This document shows, in pieces, positions 58,705 through 64,000 of a stretch of DNA of 64,000 nucleotides. A program made the translations under genes and the position numbers. The DNA is from Bacillota bacterium (GTDB taxonomy: Bacteria > Bacillota > UBA5301 > JAMCQP01): the NCBI GenBank assembly GCA_023381695.1, contig JAMCQP010000045.1, positions 6,263 to 70,262 of the forward strand, read 5' to 3'. Under the pieces are notes generated by a model. That model made no database searches and had not been told where the DNA came from. It was given only the letters and a program-made list of their open reading frames with translations. Position 1 is the stretch's first letter, and the number at the start of each line of letters is the position of its first letter.

Positions 58705-59961
58705 TCACTTGCTAAATATCGTGGAGTTGGCCTCCTTGTCTATGATGGCAACCGCTTCGGCTGCGGTCCGCTGCCCATTCCAGACCGGGTCAAGCTCCCG
58801 CTCGTAAACCGCCAGATACTGATTTGCCTCCGGGAAGGTCGGGAACGGTTCCCCCCAGGCAAACGCATCAAGGAAAAGTTGCTTGTGGGCCGGTATCCCG
58901 TCCAGGAAGACCCTGGTTTTCGCGATGCTCATCATCGCGGGTACACCCATGTGGAACTCGGCGGCAATCTTCTGACCCTCCGGCCCACCAACGAACTTCA
59001 GGAACTTCCAGGCTGCCTCGGGATGTTTTGCGCCCCTGGGGAGCGCCCAGGTATTGGTCCAGATGCGGCTGGCATGCTTGGCCCCCTTCTTATAGAGAGG
59101 TATCGGGGCGACATCCCAGCTCAAATCTTTGGATTCCGCAAAGGTCGAACTCGCCGCCACATCCTCGGCCATCATCGCAAGCTTGCCGGCCTTAAACATC
59201 TCGGACGGGTCGCCAAGCGCGTTCGCCTGAGTGGTATCCGGGGCGACATGGTACTTGTTCTTCAAATCCGCGAGGAACTCGATGGCCTTGATGGCCGCGG
59301 GATCGTTCATCGTGGACCTGGTGCGCTCATCATTCACCATCGACCCACCGGCCGCCAGCATAAAACTGTACCAGCCATCCGAGTAGGTGGGAAAAGCAAA
59401 TCCATACTGGGTCGGTATGCCGCTTTTATCCCGCCTGGTCAGTTTCTGCGCGGCGGCCAGGAAGTTATCCCAAGTCCAGGTATCGTTGGGGTATCCAACC
59501 TTGGCCTCGTCAAAAAGTTTCTTGTTGTAGTAGAGCAGATTGGTAGTGGCATCCCTGGGAACAGCGTAATATTTGCCTTTGTATTGCAATGCCTTTTTGA
59601 GGGATGGCCACAGGTCGTTGAGCGGGTACTCTTTTTCCATGAAACTGTCGAGGCTGGTGAGCGCATTCTTGGAAGCAAACGGGGCAATCTTGTCCATCGC
59701 CAGCATCGCCACGTCGGGAGCGTCTCCCCCGGCGATCATCGTCAAAAGCTTGGTGCCGTATCCGCTGGGAATCTTTACGAAGTTGACTTCAATGTCCGGG
59801 TTCGCGGCCTCAAAAGCTTTTTTGAAGCTGTCCAGCGCGCTGCCGGATTCCGCGTCCCACCATGAGGTCACGGTGATCACGGTCTTCTCCTTGGCAAGAC
59901 CGAGCGACGCCATGCTCAACACCAGAGCAACCATCAGTAACAGTCCAACGTACTTCTTCAC
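58705..59961 (-). CDS. Carbohydrate ABC transporter solute-binding protein (no lipobox)
   Basis: Signal peptide ...ASLGLA/KE with no Cys; AGGDAPDV, LYYNKKLFDEA, WTWD, AAWKFLKF. Confidence 0.92.
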   Translation of the reverse strand: MKKYVGLLLMVALVLSMASLGLAKEKTVITVTSWWDAESGSALDSFKKAFEAANPDIEVNFVKIPSGYGTKLLTMIAGGDAPDVAMLAMDKIAPFASKNALTSLDSFMEKEYPLNDLWPSLKKALQYKGKYYAVPRDATTNLLYYNKKLFDEAKVGYPNDTWTWDNFLAAAQKLTRRDKSGIPTQYGFAFPTYSDGWYSFMLAAGGSMVNDERTRSTMNDPAAIKAIEFLADLKNKYHVAPDTTQANALGDPSEMFKAGKLAMMAEDVAASSTFAESKDLSWDVAPIPLYKKGAKHASRIWTNTWALPRGAKHPEAAWKFLKFVGGPEGQKIAAEFHMGVPAMMSIAKTRVFLDGIPAHKQLFLDAFAWGEPFPTFPEANQYLAVYERELDPVWNGQRTAAEAVAIIDKEANSTIFSK

Positions 59962-60069
59962 TTGTAAACCGCCTCCCCATTTGTTATTCTGCTTCCCTGG
60001 TTTTGGATCTTATTTTTCGAATACGCGCCCCTTTTTTATGCAAGATCACCTCCTTGCCCCGCTAAACGC

Positions 60070-60906
60070 TTACCGGCCCCCGAGACCCGTCAGAGCCATG
60101 CTTTTCACAAAGTATTTTTGGCCGATGAAGAACACCAGCAGTACGGGAAGCATGGCAAGCGTCGTCCCGGCCATGAGCATCCCCCACTTTGTGGAGGCTT
60201 GGCCCTGGAAAAATGATAAGCCAACCTGAATTGGAAACAGTTTGATGTCGTTGAGCATGATCAACGGCCCCAGGAATTCGTTCCATTGCCCCTTGAAGGT
60301 GAGCACCCCCAGCGTAGCCAGCGCCGGTTTGGAAAGCGGCAGGATAATCCGGACAAACGATCCAATCCGGGTGCAGCCGTCAACCCTGGCCGCCTCCTCA
60401 AGCTCGCGGGGAAGGGTCATGAAGTACTGCCTGAGCACAAACGTCCCAAAGACACTGTATGAAGCCGGGATGATCAGGGCCTTGTAACTGTTGTAAAAGT
60501 GCAGATACTTCATCAGGATAAAGTTCGGGATCAGGGTCACATGGATCGGGATCATCATGGTGCCCAGGAAAGCCAGAAAGAGGGGATCCCGCCAGCGGAA
60601 ATTGAGCCTGCCGAAGGCGTACGCCGCCATCGAACAGGTGGCGAGATTCAGCAACGTGATCACCGACGCCAGAAAGAACGAGTTCCACAAGAACCTGAAG
60701 ATCGGAGCCGCCACGAGGGCATCGGAGTAGTTCTTCCAATAGATTGGATTCGGTATGAAGCTGGGAGGGATCGAAAAGACCGCCTGGGGAGTCTTAAACG
60801 AGGTCGCCACCGTCCACAAAAACGGCGTGATCGTCAATAACGCGCCCGTTCCGAGCACCACGTAGAGACTCGAATTCAACGTAAACACCCTGTAACCCTT
60901 ACTCAT
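60070..60906 (-). CDS. Carbohydrate ABC transporter permease (MalG-like)
   Basis: LPRELEEAARVDG, WNEFLGPL. Confidence 0.93.
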   Translation of the reverse strand: MSKGYRVFTLNSSLYVVLGTGALLTITPFLWTVATSFKTPQAVFSIPPSFIPNPIYWKNYSDALVAAPIFRFLWNSFFLASVITLLNLATCSMAAYAFGRLNFRWRDPLFLAFLGTMMIPIHVTLIPNFILMKYLHFYNSYKALIIPASYSVFGTFVLRQYFMTLPRELEEAARVDGCTRIGSFVRIILPLSKPALATLGVLTFKGQWNEFLGPLIMLNDIKLFPIQVGLSFFQGQASTKWGMLMAGTTLAMLPVLLVFFIGQKYFVKSMALTGLGGR

Positions 60907-61828
60907 AGTGCACCCACTTTCTCTGCAACCTGAACTGGAGCAGCGTCAGAATGAAGATGATCACGAAAAGAATCCAGGCCATGGCGCTTGCGTAGCCCAT
61001 CTTGAACCATTCAAACCCGTGGTTGTAGATATAGTAGACGATCGTCTCGGTCGAGCCGCTTGGCCCCCCTTTGGTTATGATATAGACCTGGTCGAAGATC
61101 TGGAAGGCATCCACGATCAACAGGATTGTCACCAGAAATGTGGTGGGCGAGATCAACGGAAAGGTGATCGACCAGAACTTCCGCCAGGAACGCGCCCCAT
61201 CAACCTCCGCCGCCTCGTAGAGGCTTTCGGGGATGCTTTGCAGCCCGGCCAGGAACATTACCATGTAATAGCCGGCGTTCTTCCAGACCGTCATGAGAAT
61301 CAGAGCCGGTTTGGCCCAGAACGGGTCGACCAGCCAGTTGGGAGGACGGCTGATCCCCATGAACCTGAGCCCCCAGTTGATGAGCCCAAAGTCGCCGTTT
61401 AGCATCCAGAGCCATACAATGGCCACGGAGACGGTGGAGGTTACAATCGGGGTGTAAAAAGCCGTGCGAAACCATGAAATCCCCTTGAGTTTCTGGTTCA
61501 AAAGAATCGCCAGAAAAAGGGAGACCGCAACATTAAGCGGAACCTGACCCAGCACGAAGTAGACGGTGTTGCCGACTGCTTGCCTGAAATGCGCATCGTG
61601 GAAGAGGATCTCCGTATAGTTTTTCAGACCCACAAATTGTGGGGGAGTCAGGAGATCCCAGCTCTGCAAAGAGATCCAGACCGCCATCAACACGGGAAAC
61701 ACGGTGAAAAACAAGGTATTCAAGACGGCCGGGAGCAAAAGCAAGGAAGCACTCAAGGGCTCTTCACGGTGATAAAACCACCTTGCAAACCTGGATCTGG
61801 ATTTTCCGGGCTGGTAAGCGACACTCAA
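60899..61828 (-). CDS. Carbohydrate ABC transporter permease (MalF-like)
   Basis: FVGLKNY, LAGLQSIPESLYEAAEVDGA, GYASA; TTG start after AGGAGG. Confidence 0.93.
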   Translation of the reverse strand: MSVAYQPGKSRSRFARWFYHREEPLSASLLLLPAVLNTLFFTVFPVLMAVWISLQSWDLLTPPQFVGLKNYTEILFHDAHFRQAVGNTVYFVLGQVPLNVAVSLFLAILLNQKLKGISWFRTAFYTPIVTSTVSVAIVWLWMLNGDFGLINWGLRFMGISRPPNWLVDPFWAKPALILMTVWKNAGYYMVMFLAGLQSIPESLYEAAEVDGARSWRKFWSITFPLISPTTFLVTILLIVDAFQIFDQVYIITKGGPSGSTETIVYYIYNHGFEWFKMGYASAMAWILFVIIFILTLLQFRLQRKWVHYE

Positions 61829-61887
61829 AGCCAGCACCTCCTGGCAAAATTTCTTGTTCACTTCGCCGGTTCACAGTTTTCCGGGGT

Positions 61888-62652
61888 TCAAGGAGCCTCG
61901 GGGCTCGGCGCAAGGGGGTTCCATATAAACCTTGCTTCCGTTCCAGCGAGCTCCACCACCGTATATCCAACCTCCTTCATGTCCCAGAGCCCGAACGAAA
62001 GCGGGCCGACAACCTCGAAACGTATCCCGTCCACAACATGGGTTTCCCTGAAATGCCTGTGCCCGCTGACAACAGCCACGATACGGCAAGAGTGCGAAGA
62101 TGGGCCATGGTATCCCTCGAGCGCCTCAAGGAATTCGTTGAAATTCTCAATGCGAAATTGATCGGCGGGAAAAGGTGGATGGTGGCTCAAAATGACCACC
62201 GGAGTATCAGGTCCAAGCCTGGCGAGGTCCGATTTGAGCCATTCAAGTTGAGCGCCCGACAGTCGCCCGGTGGCGCCTACGGCGCCACGGAGAACTTCAA
62301 GGGTGTCCAAAACCGCAAAATGGTATATGCCGGCATCAAAGGAGTAGTATGTGGATCTCGCCCCCGTCTTGCGGAGAAACTCCTCCCGGAAAGCCTCCCG
62401 GCGTTCGGGAAAATCCGGAGCAAGATCGTGGTTTCCCACAACAAAGCGTTTTGGGATCCGGAGGTGCCCGGAGATCTTCAGGAACCGATCGAAGAGCCCC
62501 TCTGGCTCATCGCCACAGCTCGAATCGATCATGTCTCCCAGAAATACCGCAAACTCCAGATTCCGGAGGTTTATCGCTTCTATCGCCCGTTCAAGAATCT
62601 CATCGCTGGCGCCAAATCCAACATGTGCGTCTGCTACGACAGCAAATTTCAC
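61888..62652 (-). CDS. Calcineurin-like metallophosphoesterase (Icc/CpdA-like)
   Basis: ADAH, LGD, VGNHD, SHHP, SGHRH. Confidence 0.9.
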   Translation of the reverse strand: MKFAVVADAHVGFGASDEILERAIEAINLRNLEFAVFLGDMIDSSCGDEPEGLFDRFLKISGHLRIPKRFVVGNHDLAPDFPERREAFREEFLRKTGARSTYYSFDAGIYHFAVLDTLEVLRGAVGATGRLSGAQLEWLKSDLARLGPDTPVVILSHHPPFPADQFRIENFNEFLEALEGYHGPSSHSCRIVAVVSGHRHFRETHVVDGIRFEVVGPLSFGLWDMKEVGYTVVELAGTEARFIWNPLAPSPEAP

Positions 62653-62809
62653 GAGCTAATAACCCCCAGGCGGCATGCAAATCTGGTGCGGCAACTCTGG
62701 ATATGACTATAAGGATATACTTGGCATATTGATATACTAACTTAATATATTGGCTATCCCTTCCAATAATCCTTCACGCCATTGAAAAAAAATAATCCAT
62801 ACGGCCCTA

Positions 62810-62880
62810 TTGACAGTACCCCAAAAGAGAGGTAATATATAACTGTTATAACATCTAACGAATCATGATTGTTATATAAC
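62810..62880 (+). promoter_or_regulatory. Sigma-A promoter with stacked palindromes upstream of the paaX-like gene
   Basis: TTGACA-17-TAATAT, then TATAACTGTTATA, TGTTATAACA, AATCATGATT and GTTATATAAC. Confidence 0.6.
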
Positions 62881-62921
62881 TCGCTGTTGTTGGTAACTTC
62901 TTCTAAAAGCGGTGTTGAACA

Positions 62922-63767
62922 ATGCCCAATGACATCCTCAGTTTCTTCTGGTTTACCATGAGCTTCGCCAGGGCGCTCGGGTATTTGGAGGTGCCCGCTG
63001 CGGGGCTGGTCAAACTAGGCCGAGGGGTTGGCTTCTCGGAAGCGGGGCTGCGCATGCTGCTTTCCCGCTACAAAAAACAGGGCGTCTTAACCGCCAGAAA
63101 ACAGGGCAGGGAGAGCTTCTACAGCCTGAACGGCCAATTCGGCCACCTGATCGCCGGCAAGGTGGCGGAGGCGGAACGGCCGGAAGAGCACCCTTCATCC
63201 GGACCGCCCCGCTGGATCGGGGTAGCGTATGAATTTCAGGAGGCCGAATCCAAGTTGCGAGCCACCCTGGCTGGCTGGTTGCGCACCATGGGGTTTGCCC
63301 AGTATTATGGCCTCTGGATCTACCCGCTGGACAAATCGGAGGAGTTTCTCCTCTTTGCCAGCCAGCTTGGCATCCCAAGAGAACGCTACACCATCTTCAA
63401 GATCGACTTCTTCCCCGGCGAAAACCTGGAGGAACTGGTGGCCGAGCTCTGGCATCTCAAAGAGATCGACAACAGATTGCAGGAGGAATATCAGCAGAAC
63501 CTCGCCCTTGAAAAGAATTACACGACCTTACCACCTGAAAAGGCTTTCGAAGAGCTCTTCCACCTGGCCATCAGGTTTGATGAGCTGAACCGCCAGGCCC
63601 CGCCGCTGCCCGCCGGGCTGTTGCCCAGCAGCAGCGTCTTTCGAGAATTTTTTGAGCATGGGCGGCGGCTTCTCGAAAAATTATCCATGCAAGCTTTACC
63701 CTATGTCATGCAGGCGCTGGGCAAAACACCACCGGAGAAAATCGCCGCCGGAATAAAGCAGGAATAA
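62922..63767 (+). CDS. PaaX-family transcriptional regulator
   Basis: LRMLLSRYKKQG.L....GR..FYSL wHTH, W..V.Y..E...R, GF..Y.GLWIYP, LW.L, PPLPAGLLP. Confidence 0.8.
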   Translation: MPNDILSFFWFTMSFARALGYLEVPAAGLVKLGRGVGFSEAGLRMLLSRYKKQGVLTARKQGRESFYSLNGQFGHLIAGKVAEAERPEEHPSSGPPRWIGVAYEFQEAESKLRATLAGWLRTMGFAQYYGLWIYPLDKSEEFLLFASQLGIPRERYTIFKIDFFPGENLEELVAELWHLKEIDNRLQEEYQQNLALEKNYTTLPPEKAFEELFHLAIRFDELNRQAPPLPAGLLPSSSVFREFFEHGRRLLEKLSMQALPYVMQALGKTPPEKIAAGIKQE

Positions 63768-63834
63768 AGTCGTCAAGAAAAAGAAGGTTCTCTCGTGCAC
63801 GCAAGGAATCCTGGCAATAAAAGGGGTGTAATAT

Positions 63835-64000
63835 TTGGATAGCATCACCGTCTCCGATCTTAGGAAGTATTACGGGCAAGTGAAGGCCGTGGACGGGCTG
63901 AGTTTCTCCGTCCCGCAGGGCGAGATCTTCGGCATGCTGGGACCCAACGGCGCCGGCAAGACCACCACCGTGGAAACCATCGTCGGGTTGATCGGTAGAG
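63835..64000 (+). CDS. ABC transporter ATP-binding subunit, partial; runs off the right edge
   Basis: TTG start; LRKYYGQVKAVDGLSFSVPQGEIFGMLGPNGAGKTT. Confidence 0.9.
   Translation, partial: MDSITVSDLRKYYGQVKAVDGLSFSVPQGEIFGMLGPNGAGKTTTVETIVGLIGR

Overview
64 kb of a high-GC bacterial chromosome, almost all coded on the minus strand. It is most consistent with an anaerobic, probably sporulating, diderm Bacillota (Firmicutes). Evidence: a Firmicutes-type LexA/DinR box, sigma-H-like promoters and ytaF, together with a beta-barrel-type protein ending in Phe and ABC solute-binding proteins that lack a lipobox. Content from left to right: a partial polyprenyl synthetase; an hdrCBA-flxDCBA electron-bifurcation cluster with apparent 1-nt frameshifts in hdrA and flxC; a non-canonical chaperone operon (685-aa TPR protein, J-domain lacking HPD, GrpE, short Hsp70); ROK kinase and PGI/PMI; a putative outer-membrane porin with a long repetitive leader; GH4 and a Cof hydrolase; an islet with two HEPN/MNT pairs, an ABC-2 exporter and a frameshifted SEC-C gene; uvrBAC; a GH125-like glycosidase; oppABCDF; ytaF; a DUF2318/ABC/BlaI/M56 cassette; ftsEX-envC-ctpA-yibQ running directly into aor-moaD; a candidate ~110-nt sRNA; a PRK06851-like ATPase; an ArsR regulator and an FAD/Fe-S oxidoreductase with Rex-like boxes; a sugar ABC transporter with a metallophosphoesterase; a PaaX-like regulator; and a partial ABC ATPase. 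No rRNA, tRNA, CRISPR array, integrase or transposase was seen. Best candidates for undescribed biology are the TPR-J*-GrpE-Hsp70 module, the Cys-rich DUF2318-ABC-BlaI-M56 cassette, the intergenic sRNA, and the SLH-less porin with its leader. All family calls come from motif recognition by eye; no database searches were run.
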